A stretch of 64,000 nucleotides of DNA from an uncultured Verrucomicrobiae bacterium (GCA_963764165.1 CAVXRD010000002.1:864001-928000), one strand, 5' to 3'; positions 27,005 through 37,757 are shown, counted from the first letter of the stretch. A program made the numbers and translations. Notes: generated by a model not told the origin, from the letters alone.

Positions 27005-29179
27005 ATGAAACACAAATTGCTTAAGCTACATGGAAACTTCGTCGTTGCCGCACTCTTGCTGTGGGCACTCGCCTTTCAAACCGCCTCCGGGCAGGTCCTG
27101 CCGCCCTCAACGCAGCCTTACGGATTCAGCTACTCCGATTGGGCGGCGCGATGGTGGCAATGGACGCTGGAACAGTCCACTAACCACATGAATCTAGTCA
27201 GCGAACCCGTGTCCGGGCCAGTCCGGTTTCTGGCCGGGGCGGCGGGCACCGAAACGGTGACCAATAGCGTGACTGTTCCGGCCGGCACGTCCCTGTTTTT
27301 CCCGATCCTCAGCATCTGGGTCGATAACTCGGGCTGCCCGGATTTTTCGAGCAACACCCTTGCGGAATTGCAGGCGCAAGCGGATGGCGAATGGAGTTCC
27401 GTGACCGTTACGACCTGCATTATCGATGGCGTTCCTGTCAGCGGCCTCGACGACCCGCAGACCAGCGATTACTTCGTCCAAGCCACCCCGTTCAGTTACA
27501 CCACGGCCGCGACTAACAGCGTTGTCAACAGCATCTACGGCGAACCATGCTTGCCCGCGGGAACGACCATTGATCCCGCGGTGGCCGACGGTGTGTTTCT
27601 AATGCTATCGCCATTGGGGCAAGGGACGCACACTGTTGAGTTCATCGGCGCCGCCGGGCCGACCAATGCGCCGTTCGTGGCCCTTGACCTGACTTATGAA
27701 ATCACCGTGCCGTCCCCCGCCGGAGTTTTTCCTCCAGGCGGCACGCCATTTGGCAAAAGCTATGCGGATTGGGCGGCGGCTTGGTGGGAGTGGACCCTTT
27801 CGCAATCCACCAACCAGATTCAATCGGTGAGCACCCCTGTGGCGGGCGTTGCATTTCTCGCCGGCGCCGCCAATAGCGACACCGAGACACGCAACATCAC
27901 CGTCTCCTCCGGCGACGCGTTATTCTTTCCGATTCTAAGCGCATGGGTCGACAACTCCGGCTGCCCCACCTTCACGACGAACTCCCTGGAGGAATTGCAG
28001 GCGGAAGCGGATGGAGATTGGAGCGCCGTGACGGTGACCACTTGCACGGTTGACGGCGTGCCCGTCAGCGGATTGGGTGACCCCCAAACGAGCGGTTACT
28101 TCACCCAAGCTGCTCCGTTCACGTATACGACGGCATTGAGCAACAGCGTGGTGAATGACATTTACGGCGAACCTTGCATTCCCGGCGGCACGACGATCGG
28201 GCCTGCGGTAGCCGACGGCGTTTTTATGATGCTGGCGCCGCTGGCGCCCGGACAGCACACGATTGAATTCGTGGGGATCGTCGGCCCGACGAATGCGCCT
28301 TATCTTCTCGAAGATCTAACATACCAGATCACGGTGGTGCCGGACACAGGCGTGTATTCGGCGCGATCCTTGCCCGCCGGCAAGAGCTACGCGGATTGGT
28401 CCGCGGCCTGGTGGCAATGGACCCTTTCCCAGTCCACCAACCAGACAGCATGGGTGAGCAGTCCCATGGCAGGTTCTGTTGCGTTTCTGGCCGGCGCGGC
28501 TGGCACCGACACTGAAACTCGCGACGTCACCATTCCTGCCGGCGTCTCGTTGTTCTTCCCCATCTTGAGCATTTGGGTTGATAATTCCGGCTGTCCCGAT
28601 TTCACCACCAACACACTGGATCAACTGGAGGCGGAAGCCCAGGAGGACTGGAGCGGCGTAACCGAGACTGCCTGCACGATTGATGGAGTGCCCGTTCCAG
28701 GCTTGGAGAATCCTCAATATTCGCCTTACCTGACGCAGTCCCTGCCCTTCAGTTACACGACCGCCCTCACGAACAGCGTGCTCGGCCCCGTGTATGGAGA
28801 GCCTTGCATTCCCGGCAGCACGACCATCGGCCCGGCAGTGGCGGAAGGCGTCTATCTCATGGTGCCACCCATGACAGCGGGCAATCATACAATTAACTTC
28901 ACCGGCATCGTCGGCCCCGCCACCGCTCCTTACCTTGCCGTAAATCTAACTTATAACATCGCTGCGCAGCCACCCGCATTGAGCATTTCAACGCTAGGTT
29001 CTGGCGTCGAGCTTTCGTGGCCGCAGTCGCAGAGCAGCTACATTGTTGAAACGGCGACGAATCTAGCTTCACCGGCCTGGTCGCCCTTTGGCGCGCCTGT
29101 CCTGGCATCGAACGGGGTCCTGCAAGTGACTGTTCCCACCGGCAGCGGAAGCCAATACTTTCGTCTGCGTGGGCAATAA
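27005..29179 (+). CDS. Secreted protein with three ~208-aa tandem repeats
   Basis: Signal peptide; 3x SY.DW.A.WW.W..FLAG..FFPILS..ADGVF.ML; shared C-terminal domain. Confidence 0.85.
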   Translation: MKHKLLKLHGNFVVAALLLWALAFQTASGQVLPPSTQPYGFSYSDWAARWWQWTLEQSTNHMNLVSEPVSGPVRFLAGAAGTETVTNSVTVPAGTSLFFPILSIWVDNSGCPDFSSNTLAELQAQADGEWSSVTVTTCIIDGVPVSGLDDPQTSDYFVQATPFSYTTAATNSVVNSIYGEPCLPAGTTIDPAVADGVFLMLSPLGQGTHTVEFIGAAGPTNAPFVALDLTYEITVPSPAGVFPPGGTPFGKSYADWAAAWWEWTLSQSTNQIQSVSTPVAGVAFLAGAANSDTETRNITVSSGDALFFPILSAWVDNSGCPTFTTNSLEELQAEADGDWSAVTVTTCTVDGVPVSGLGDPQTSGYFTQAAPFTYTTALSNSVVNDIYGEPCIPGGTTIGPAVADGVFMMLAPLAPGQHTIEFVGIVGPTNAPYLLEDLTYQITVVPDTGVYSARSLPAGKSYADWSAAWWQWTLSQSTNQTAWVSSPMAGSVAFLAGAAGTDTETRDVTIPAGVSLFFPILSIWVDNSGCPDFTTNTLDQLEAEAQEDWSGVTETACTIDGVPVPGLENPQYSPYLTQSLPFSYTTALTNSVLGPVYGEPCIPGSTTIGPAVAEGVYLMVPPMTAGNHTINFTGIVGPATAPYLAVNLTYNIAAQPPALSISTLGSGVELSWPQSQSSYIVETATNLASPAWSPFGAPVLASNGVLQVTVPTGSGSQYFRLRGQ

Positions 29180-29353
29180 TGAAAATCCAATGGCACCTCG
29201 GGCAACCGGGGTGCCTCTTCTGCTCGAACGGCGGCGGTTGCCCGATTTATGCGCCAGAAGGGATGGCTTCCGCCGCGCTGCGTGCCGGATGACATCGAAA
29301 TGGCGAGCAGATTTGCCTAGCCCATTGGCGATTTTTTTCATAGTTTTGCCGCC

Positions 29354-29914
29354 TTGAGCGACGTTACACGAATCCTCGAATCCATCGAGGGCGGCAACCT
29401 CCATGCGGCGGACGAACTGTTGCCGGTGGTCTATGAAGAGTTGCGCCAGCTGGCGGCGAAAAAAATGGCTCGAGAATCTCCCTGCCAAACCTTGCAAGCC
29501 ACGGCGCTGGTTCATGAGGCATGGCTGCGCTTGACAGGCGACAGGGCGCCGAAATTTTCCAACCGGACTCATTTTTTTGCGGCGGCCGCTGAAGCCATGC
29601 GCCGAATTCTCATTGATAAAGCCAGGAGCAAACGCGCCGTCCGCCATGGCGGGGGCCAGGTTCGCACTGCGTTTGATGAAAAGCAGCTGGCCGCAGAGGA
29701 AAGCGCCGAGGACGAAATGTTTGCCGTCCATGAGGCGCTGGACCGATTGACTGCGGAGAACCCGCGCGAAGCCGAATTGGTAAAGCTGCGTTATTTCGTC
29801 GGCATGACGCTGGGGGAAGCTGCGGAGGCGCTCGGAATTTCCGAGCGCACAGCGGACAATGATTGGGCTCACGCTCGCGCATGGCTCCATTGCGAAATCA
29901 AGGGCAGCCGATGA
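29354..29914 (+). CDS. ECF sigma factor of the kinase-associated TIGR02999-like type
   Basis: LLPVVYEELRQLA..QTLQATALVHEAWLRL..AAEAMRRILID..WAHARAWL. Confidence 0.9.
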   Translation: MSDVTRILESIEGGNLHAADELLPVVYEELRQLAAKKMARESPCQTLQATALVHEAWLRLTGDRAPKFSNRTHFFAAAAEAMRRILIDKARSKRAVRHGGGQVRTAFDEKQLAAEESAEDEMFAVHEALDRLTAENPREAELVKLRYFVGMTLGEAAEALGISERTADNDWAHARAWLHCEIKGSR

Positions 29915-30017
29915 CTTCTTGCGCCCTTCGTTAAAATGGCTGGCGGCACACCGGAGATGCACCGCCCCCGCATGAACATGTTATTTATTTGGCGCGGGCG
30001 CTTGGTATAATTGCGTA

Positions 30018-33000
30018 ATGCCTCGTCGCGTTTTCTCGTTATCTTTGGGCTTTGTGCTGGCTCTGTTCGGCTGCCAGATCGCCCGGGCGGATGCGATGCT
30101 GGAGGTGTTCCAACTGACTTGGAACCAGATTTCGCAGAAGATGCCGGAGATCGCCGAGGCGGGTTACGACAGCCTTTGGGTGCCTAATCCGGCCAAGGGC
30201 AACAGCGGCGCATCTTCCGTTGGCTACGATGTGTTCGACCCGTTCGACCTGGGCAGCGTCAACCAGCAAGGCACCATCGCGACGATGTACGGCACGGAGG
30301 CCGAATTGCTTCAAATGGTGCAGACGGCCCATCGTTTCGGCATTCGCGTTTACTTCGATAATGTGATGAATCATCGGGCGTTCACCGTGCCCGGTTATCC
30401 TGGCTCGGGCACGCCGACCAACTATTACCCCGGGCTCGTCCCGGCGGATTTTCATTTTCAAACCGTTTCCGGCGGATACGAAAATTGGCCGGCGGTCAGC
30501 GAGTGGTGCAATGTGCAAAACGTCGAGAATCAGCCGTTGCTCGGGCTCTGCGACCTGGCCAACGAGCCCGGTTCAATGAATTGGAATTTCGGCCCCAACC
30601 TCGGCGATACGACGAACAAGCCCGTGTTCATTCGCTTCCCGGGACGGCCGGATTTATATATGGACACGAACGGGCCGTTTCTCGGCACCGGATGGTCGGC
30701 GGCGGGGTGGCGTCCTTTTGACGGCAACGGGCAGCCGGTGGCGGAGGATGTTTCGCTGTATCTTTGCCGCGCGGTCGCGTGGACGCTTTACACGACGAAA
30801 TGCGATGGCTTTCGTCTTGACGCAGTGAAACACGTCCCGGTCGATTTTTTCGGCGGCGAGACCGGCCAGACGGATGACCCGCAATTTCTCGGTTACACTG
30901 GCGCAATTCAGGCGATGTTCGATTACGTCCACGGTTACGGCAGCAACGTCACCGGCAACGGCTACGTCGAGACGGATGGCAATCGCAACAGCCTGTTCAA
31001 CACCGAAGCGCCGCGCAACGACGCCATGATCTTCGGCGAATACGAGCCGTCCGCCCTCGCGGCGGGCGAGGACTTCAACGACTATCTGCAATCGGGCATG
31101 CGGCTGCTAAACTTCCCACTTTACAGTCAAATGAACAGCGTTTTCGGCGGTTCCTCAATGTCCGGCATGGACGGGCGCGATTTCACGCCGCCGGGCGGAA
31201 ACTGCGACGCGAACGGGAACTTCAGCGCGGCGCAGGCGGTGAATCTGCCGCAATGCCAGGACAGCGGCAGTTGCTGCCCTGCTAATCAGCCGTTGGAGGA
31301 TGCCTACTTTTTCATGCACGAGGGCATGCCGATGGTTTACACGGATGGCTTTAATCACAACACGAACGGCGGCACGCCGATTGTGTCGTATGCGAATTTC
31401 CTCGGCGAATTTGGCGACAACACGATTCCCGATACGATGCATGTCCACAATCAGCTTTCCTGCGGCGGCACATGGTCGCGCTGGAGCGACCAGAATATTG
31501 TGCTGTTCGAGCGTTACGATTATCGCGAGGGCAACTCGAGCCAGCCGCAAACCCAGGACGTCGCGCTCTTTGGCATGAATGACAAGACGAATTATCCCGG
31601 CGATATTTCGTTTGACGACGGCATCAATCGTCCGACCGACGGCTTCTATCAAAATCCATCCAACACCACTTCCACCGCAGTTTCAAATTCGCGCGGTTTG
31701 GGGATCGTGGTGGGTTTTCCTCCGGGCACGATTCTGGCGCAGCTTGCCAGCGCATCGCCAACGGGAGGCCGCGCGTATCAGAAACTGCTCGTGCACGGGG
31801 CGACCACGAATTATCAGACCGCATTAAATTCTGCCAGCGTGGCGAATCCTGCCCAGCGCTTAATCTATATTGGGGGCCAAACACCCGCTCCGGGAGGCGG
31901 CGCAATTGAACTCACAATACCGAGCGATTCGTGGGTCATGTATGGCTTGCAATGGCCGGAGCCAAGCCGCGCAGCGCTGACGGACGCAATCGAGTTTCGC
32001 CAAGGCGGCGACATTGTTCCGCGCATGACGATTTACCGGACAGACGGCCCGAACGGCGACACGAATTTCAATCCGCTTTATCCCTTCAAGATGCGCGGCC
32101 GAGTCGATCAAAACGGAAACGTCATCACCGGACAAAATGTGAGCAATCTCACCTACGCCATCGACATCCCCATCCTCACCAATGGTCCATTCGACATCAT
32201 CATCCGAAATGACGCTTCGTCTTCCAACACGCTGGTAAAACTGGACGGCGGAATCGATCTCAACAGCCAGATGGGACTTGGCGTTTCCAACACTTACACG
32301 GCGCAAGCTCGCGATTTGCGAGACAACAAGCCCGGCTACGCGGACGATGTTTTCCTGGGTTACGAACAGAGCGCCTTTGATTTCCGCCTACGGCCCGGAA
32401 AAATTTGCGGCGGAGAATGTCGTGCGCAACAACGTGACGGCGTCGAACGCGGAAACGTACTCTTACATCGTCGGAGGAACGAACTCGGTCGTGCTGGGAG
32501 CGGGAAACGGAAGCGCCATCACCAACAGCGCCGCAACCTGGGTGTATCACAATCCCGCCGACATCGTGAACATCAGCAGCGGCGCTCCACCGACGCAGCT
32601 TAATCCGATCTCCCCCACTAATGGTCAATCAGTTGATGTCTGGGTGAAGGTTGGCTACCAATTTCAAATCAACCAATGCACGTTGTATTATACGACAGAC
32701 GGAACCGCCCCGCAGGGTTCCTTCGGCAATGGCGCGGGCACCACCAAAACTGCCGCCGGAGTGTGGATCGCGCACGATCAAACGGATTCGACCATTGACT
32801 GGTGGAAGGCGACCATTCCCGGGAGCGTCAATACTACCGGCAAAACGATCCGTTATTCGGTGGCGTTGTTCAACAACAGCGTTAAGCCTATCACGAATGC
32901 TGTTGCGGATAAACTTTATGGCCTTACGGAGGCTTCAATTACGAATTTCAATCCGGCGACCGCCCTCGTTTGGACGGCCAATGATTTGAGCACAAACAAT

Positions 33001-34131
33001 CTTGTGACTGGTTTGCAGCCGGGCATGCACATCGTTCGCGCCCGGACATTTCTTCCGCGGCCGGGGCAATCGAGCGCCTACAATACGTTTTTGAAATCCT
33101 TCTTTTTCGACAGCGCCACTCCGTCTGGTGTGATTGTTTCTCCGCCTTCAGGCTCAACCGTGACCAACGGCACATGCACGATCATCGTCCGCGCGGATAG
33201 CTCGGCGACAGGAGCTTCCATTAACATCCAGGACAGCAATCCGGAGAACGACGACGCCATCACCGGCTATCGTTTCGGCAACGGCAACCGGAATGGCGTT
33301 CCCGTCTTCGTCAGCGCGCAACCCGTGTCAACAACAACACCCGCGCTTGACGCGCTTTACCCAAACCTTCCCGAGGAATATCACTTCACCTATCCCGCGG
33401 TGCCTTCCAGCGGCACGGCCAGCATCACCGTTCTGTTGAGCGAAATCACCACGCCCATTTTGACCAACCGAGTGACGACGCTGACCAATTCATTCATCAC
33501 AGCCGCGCCACCATCCTCATTGCAAATCACCGCGCCAGCCACTGATGGAACAGCCCTCCTGCTCGGCTCGAATTCGACTTACAACGTGCAGGCGTGCTTC
33601 ACCTCGACGCTCGACACCAACAACATCACCGATTTCACGGTTTGGATTAACGGCGCGGAACAACCGCGCTTTGGGGCGAATCCCGGCTCGCCATATTCCA
33701 TCGGCGGCTCGGCGTGCGGGGTGGGATTGCGCACATTTAATTTCGCATGGAGCGCGCCAACGCCCGGCACCAACACGATCCAAATCACGTTCAACGGCGA
33801 TCAAGTATTAAGCGCACAGCGCACGGTTTTGGTTTTCGATCCGGCCAGCAATTCCACGAATTTTGGATTGCCCGGTTATGATTTTTACGTGGCGGGCTCC
33901 AATCCTTCGAACACCAACACGTGGCTGAGGATTACCAGCGTCAACCAGGGATTGGTGAGTTGGAACAGCGTCGCCGGAAAGACATATCAAGTGCTCGCAA
34001 GCACGAATTTGAGCGCCGGCTTCCAATCCATCAGCCCCGTGCTGACTGCGACCGGCACAAACACAACATTCCTCGACAGCGCTTATACGAACGCGCCAGA
34101 TCGATTCTATCGGATTCAGGTTTCGCCGTAA
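30018..34131 (+). CDS. Large secreted GH13 alpha-amylase-like protein, split by a 1-nt insertion near 32387
   Basis: GYDVFDPFDLG, DNVMNH, DGFRLDAVKH, IFGE; frames join as AFDFR-YGPEKF if one C is removed from TTCCGCCTACGGC. Confidence 0.8.
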
Positions 34132-34322
34132 ATCTGCTATCGGCCTGAGGATATGCGGCTAATCTGAGCGGCCGTGCTATGTCAGGATGCAGGCATGTAT
34201 CTATCCGCCGATTTTTAGCGCACAAGCAAACCAGCGCCGTGCGGAAGTTGATTAACTTATTGTCATGTTCTCCGCTATTTAGTTTGACAGTGATCATAAA
34301 AAATGTTTATTCCGTGCCGCCA

Positions 34323-35759
34323 ATGAAGAGGCTCTCTTTTTTCGGATTTGGGTGCGTCCTTGCAATCGCTTTATCCATCCCTCCCTGCGCTCATGCGCAA
34401 TCTGCGGCTGGGCCTAAAATCGATTCTCCCGCGGTGGCGGTTCCTGCAATTTCGGCGGCCGCACTCTCAACTACCGTGACGCCCGGCCCTCTGGCAGCTT
34501 CGGTTTGGTTTGAATGGGGGCTGGACGCTACTTATGGCAACGCAACCCCGATGGCGGCTATGGCGGGCACGGACGCACAAACCGTCCAGGTTGTGATTCC
34601 AGGTCTCACGCCGTATACCACTTATCATTTTCAGGCGTATGCCTCGAACGCCAATGGCGTCGTTTCGAGCGGAGACGCCAGTTTTATCACTGTGCCTAAG
34701 TTTGTTCAGGCAGGCACAATTTCGAATTGGACCGCGGCTGTTCTTTCGGGAGACGGCCATGAGCTGGTTGCCACATTGAATGACGTCATCTACATCTCGA
34801 CGAATTTCGGAGGGACATTTACTCCGACGGCAGGGACCGGTTCAGTGGCTGCAACTTCTTATGATGGCTCAGTGATCCTCGCTTTGAGCGGGGCAAACCT
34901 GATTAAGTCCAGTGATGGAGGCGTTAGCTGGGCGACCAACGGGACGCCCGCAACATTTGTTTGCCTGTCAGCCTCGACAGACGGGCATACAATAGTCGCC
35001 ACGGACGGAAATCGAAGCTTCTACACGACCACCAGTTTTGGCCCGCCATGGGATGAAGTCACGGTTTTTTACCCGCCCATAACTCACGTGGCGTCATCAT
35101 CGGATGGCAGCTATTTCTACGGCGATTGCATTGATTACGGCACGCTCTACGTTTACGGCGTGGAAAACAGAGGAAGAACCTGGTCTATCTTTAACTCAAT
35201 CTACGGAGCCTCGAACGACGGGGGGATTGCATGCTCTGGGGATGGTTCAGAAGTTGCCGTCGGCACGAGCGGATTCTGGCTTTCCCAGGATTTTTGCTCT
35301 TCATTCACTGATCTCGATCCGTCGCCGACGAACAACCTGGCGGTTGCAGTTTCCCAGGATGGATACACGTTTGTCAGCTCTGTCGGCAGCGCAATAGAGG
35401 TGGCGCCGTACGGAGGAATGGTCTTCTACAGCGCCACCGTCGTTCCGGCCGTTTCGGCCAGTCATCCGTTCACCAGCGTGATGTCCTCCGGCGATGGCAG
35501 CATCCTCGCCGCGTTCAATGGTTGCATATATATCTCCATCCCACCCGTTTTGCTTTCCGCCCCGACGGCGGCGGGGGGCATGTTGACGTTTGAGGTATAT
35601 GGCCAGGCCTACAGCACATACCAAGTACAGGTTTCCTCGGATTTGTTGAACTGGTCGAATCTCGACGCCGTTTCAACTGGCGGCGACGGAACAGCGCAAG
35701 TCAGCGAATTGACCTCTACCAGTTCGAACTGCCAGTTTTTCCGAGTTGTCAGCCAGTGA
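34323..35759 (+). CDS. Secreted protein (FN3-like plus propeller-like regions, shared C-terminal domain)
   Basis: Signal peptide; WFEWG..YG..GLTPYTTYHFQAYASNANG; S.DG repeats. Confidence 0.8.
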   Translation: MKRLSFFGFGCVLAIALSIPPCAHAQSAAGPKIDSPAVAVPAISAAALSTTVTPGPLAASVWFEWGLDATYGNATPMAAMAGTDAQTVQVVIPGLTPYTTYHFQAYASNANGVVSSGDASFITVPKFVQAGTISNWTAAVLSGDGHELVATLNDVIYISTNFGGTFTPTAGTGSVAATSYDGSVILALSGANLIKSSDGGVSWATNGTPATFVCLSASTDGHTIVATDGNRSFYTTTSFGPPWDEVTVFYPPITHVASSSDGSYFYGDCIDYGTLYVYGVENRGRTWSIFNSIYGASNDGGIACSGDGSEVAVGTSGFWLSQDFCSSFTDLDPSPTNNLAVAVSQDGYTFVSSVGSAIEVAPYGGMVFYSATVVPAVSASHPFTSVMSSGDGSILAAFNGCIYISIPPVLLSAPTAAGGMLTFEVYGQAYSTYQVQVSSDLLNWSNLDAVSTGGDGTAQVSELTSTSSNCQFFRVVSQ

Positions 35760-35890
35760 CAAAAATTCAGCAACCGCCGCCCCTGCGAAACTGTGGCGGT
35801 CGCGCCTGCGTCGCTGCCAAAAAGTAATATGCGCCCTCCCTAACCGTCGCCGCTATTGACTGGTGCAGATGTAAAACGTAGTATTACGGT

Positions 35891-36118
35891 ATGATTAAGA
35901 CCATTTCCAAAGTTGGAAACTCAAACGGCATCATATTCGACGCGGCGATCATGGACTTGGCGCGACTTCAGACTGGCGATCAGGTCAACCTGGAGATCCA
36001 TGAAGGCGGCACCATCACGCTGACCCCGATCCGTCCACACCCTTCGCGCGAAAAGATTACCAAGACGATCAAATCCACGGTCAAGAATTACGCCCGCACC
36101 CTGAAACGGCTGGCGTGA
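35891..36118 (+). CDS. AbrB/MazE-fold antitoxin
   Basis: MIKTISKVGNSNGII; upstream TTGACT-17-TAGTAT; coupled to a doc-like start. Confidence 0.85.
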   Translation: MIKTISKVGNSNGIIFDAAIMDLARLQTGDQVNLEIHEGGTITLTPIRPHPSREKITKTIKSTVKNYARTLKRLA

Positions 36119-36189
36119 GTGTCACCCCAAATCATTGTATTCACCTCACGGTGGAGATTGTCCGCGAGATGCACGCGGTGGTCATCGAA
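36115..36189 (+). pseudogene. doc: N-terminal remnant of a Doc/Fic toxin
   Basis: GTGA overlap; HLTVEIVREMHAVVIE resembles the Doc N-terminus, then similarity is lost. Confidence 0.6.
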
Positions 36190-36292
36190 TGTTTTCATGT
36201 CGCACAATATAACTTGGACGACGTGCCAGTTGAAAAAGGCTCAATTCGGTGACGGTTTTGGCACAAACTACGTCGCACAATAATTCGACATC
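36190..36292. mobile_element. Possible transposon end (TGT terminus with repeated binding sites)
   Basis: TGT at the doc breakpoint; GTCGCACAATA repeated at 36199 and 36272. Confidence 0.4.
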
Positions 36293-36451
36293 ACGTTCGG
36301 CCATCGCGCAGAGATAGACAAAGCCCATTTGCATCTCGGAGCGTCAGCGTCTTTGGAACTATGAAAATGGTCCCCTTGACAGCCCGACCATGTGTGTGTT
36401 GTTGTCACGCTTTGCTTGCTTTTCGGTGAAGCGCGGTGGTATTATAATCCT

Positions 36452-36545
36452 GCACTTGTGAGAGCATTAGTTCTCCAGCGGTCGACTCAAAACCGCAGAC
36501 GAGTGCTTGACAAAGGCCACCGGAAATCCCGGTGGTTTTTGCTTT
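36452..36545 (+). ncRNA. Candidate three-way-junction small RNA convergent with the putative nuclease gene
   Basis: TTGCTT-18-(TG)TATTAT promoter; closing stem GCACTTGT/ACGAGTGC; inner hairpins GAGAGC/GTTCTC and GCGGT/ACCGC; terminator GGCCACCGG/CCGGTGGTT plus T-run. Confidence 0.6.
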
Positions 36546-37023
36546 AGTCCAGTGCCGGTGTCCCGCTGTGGATAAGCCGCTTTCCATACTCGTTCTGCGT
36601 CCAAAACGGAATGATGCTCCAGAATATTCTCATGCCGCCCGGCAATTGTTTGACAATGACTTTGAATCGTCGACCTTCCAGAACGGCGATGAACTCGTAA
36701 TAGGTGACTGAAACCAGCAGCTTTTCCCATTTGCCGTGCCTCTGTCGCCGCTGCCATTCGTTGACTTCCTCGATGCCCTGCACGGTCCGCGATAGCCGGA
36801 GAATTGCTGGCGCATTGGCAATCTGTTTAAGACGCATAAACTGGTCTGGCCTGTGACGCCCTCGATTCCAAGTCTGATGGCGAATATGCTCGAATCCTTG
36901 AGCGTTGAATTTGACCGGGCCGGAAAAGTAAGGGCAATGCACGGTGTCGATACTCTCGTAGAAATCGTGTGCTTTTTGAAGGACGGCGGAAAATTCCGAT
37001 TCGGTAAATTCAAGGCCAGCCAT
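36544..37023 (-). CDS. Hypothetical protein, putative BECR/RelE-like ribonuclease
   Basis: VKFNAQGFEHI..RLK..YYEFIAV..FKVIVK..FWSIIP pattern; fold is inferred. Confidence 0.6.
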   Translation of the reverse strand: MAGLEFTESEFSAVLQKAHDFYESIDTVHCPYFSGPVKFNAQGFEHIRHQTWNRGRHRPDQFMRLKQIANAPAILRLSRTVQGIEEVNEWQRRQRHGKWEKLLVSVTYYEFIAVLEGRRFKVIVKQLPGGMRIFWSIIPFWTQNEYGKRLIHSGTPALD

Positions 37024-37336
37024 TTTAGAATTGAATGATGGCTATCGGCGATTTCGACTCTGCATCAAGCAAGCGGCGATTCTTTGAGCGAACAGCGATC
37101 CTCGTTTGAATAACCACGTCACCACTGTTTTCGGCTGCCTGAGATCGAAGCCATTCAAGGAGGGTCTGAATTGTAAGCGGTTGCACTTCCATGATGTTTC
37201 ATTCTACCGCATTTTGTCGCTGTCGCGCAACTTGACGCCTTCGGCTTGGCCGCTATTTCGCGACGTTCCCGAGTTATCCCCACACCTTAAAAGGAAATCT
37301 CTTATTCTTTATCTGTATATTCTTATATAGAGAGAG

Positions 37337-37402
37337 GTAAACCTACTTACCTTAAGATGTCGGCAGGTTTACGTCTTGAAGTAAACCTATTTACATCTGG
37401 AT
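37337..37402. repeat. Three 22-bp iteron-like repeats beside an AT-rich tract
   Basis: GTAAACCTACTTACCTTAAGAT / GTCGGCAGGTTTACGTCTTGAA / GTAAACCTATTTACATCTGGAT. Confidence 0.6.
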
Positions 37403-37757
37403 GCTCCCAACCTCCGTTTTGACCGTTAACCTGGAAATGAATTGTATAAAGGTTGGTCTTGCCCTGGCCGCGACGGTTAATGGTTACAAGGCCAAAGCGC
37501 ACCAATTCCCCAATCAACTGCGTGACACGAACCCGTGTCACGCCCATATCGTCGGCGAGCCGTTCTTGCCCCGGAAAGCATGAGTCGTTGTGCCATGCGT
37601 AGCTCAAAAACATCGCGTAAGCAACCTTCGCGCCGATTGACAACTTTGGATCTCTTAAAATGAAATTCGGAACCTGGGTAAATCCGCCTCGCAACACCGG
37701 ATTGTCTGTGTCCAGTTGCAGGTTCTTCTCCTTGATGATTTCACCTATGGTTTTCAT
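37347..37757 (-). CDS. Winged-HTH replication-initiator-like protein
   Basis: GFTQVPNFIL..LSIGAKVAYAMFLSYAW..CFPGQERLADDMG..RRGQGKTNLY. Confidence 0.8.
   Translation of the reverse strand: MKTIGEIIKEKNLQLDTDNPVLRGGFTQVPNFILRDPKLSIGAKVAYAMFLSYAWHNDSCFPGQERLADDMGVTRVRVTQLIGELVRFGLVTINRRGQGKTNLYTIHFQVNGQNGGWEHPDVNRFTSRRKPADILR

Noticed and set aside
27090..28960. Long DNA direct repeats as a DGR template/variable pair
   Set aside because: In-frame domain triplication with mostly synonymous, not adenine-specific, differences; no reverse transcriptase in the window
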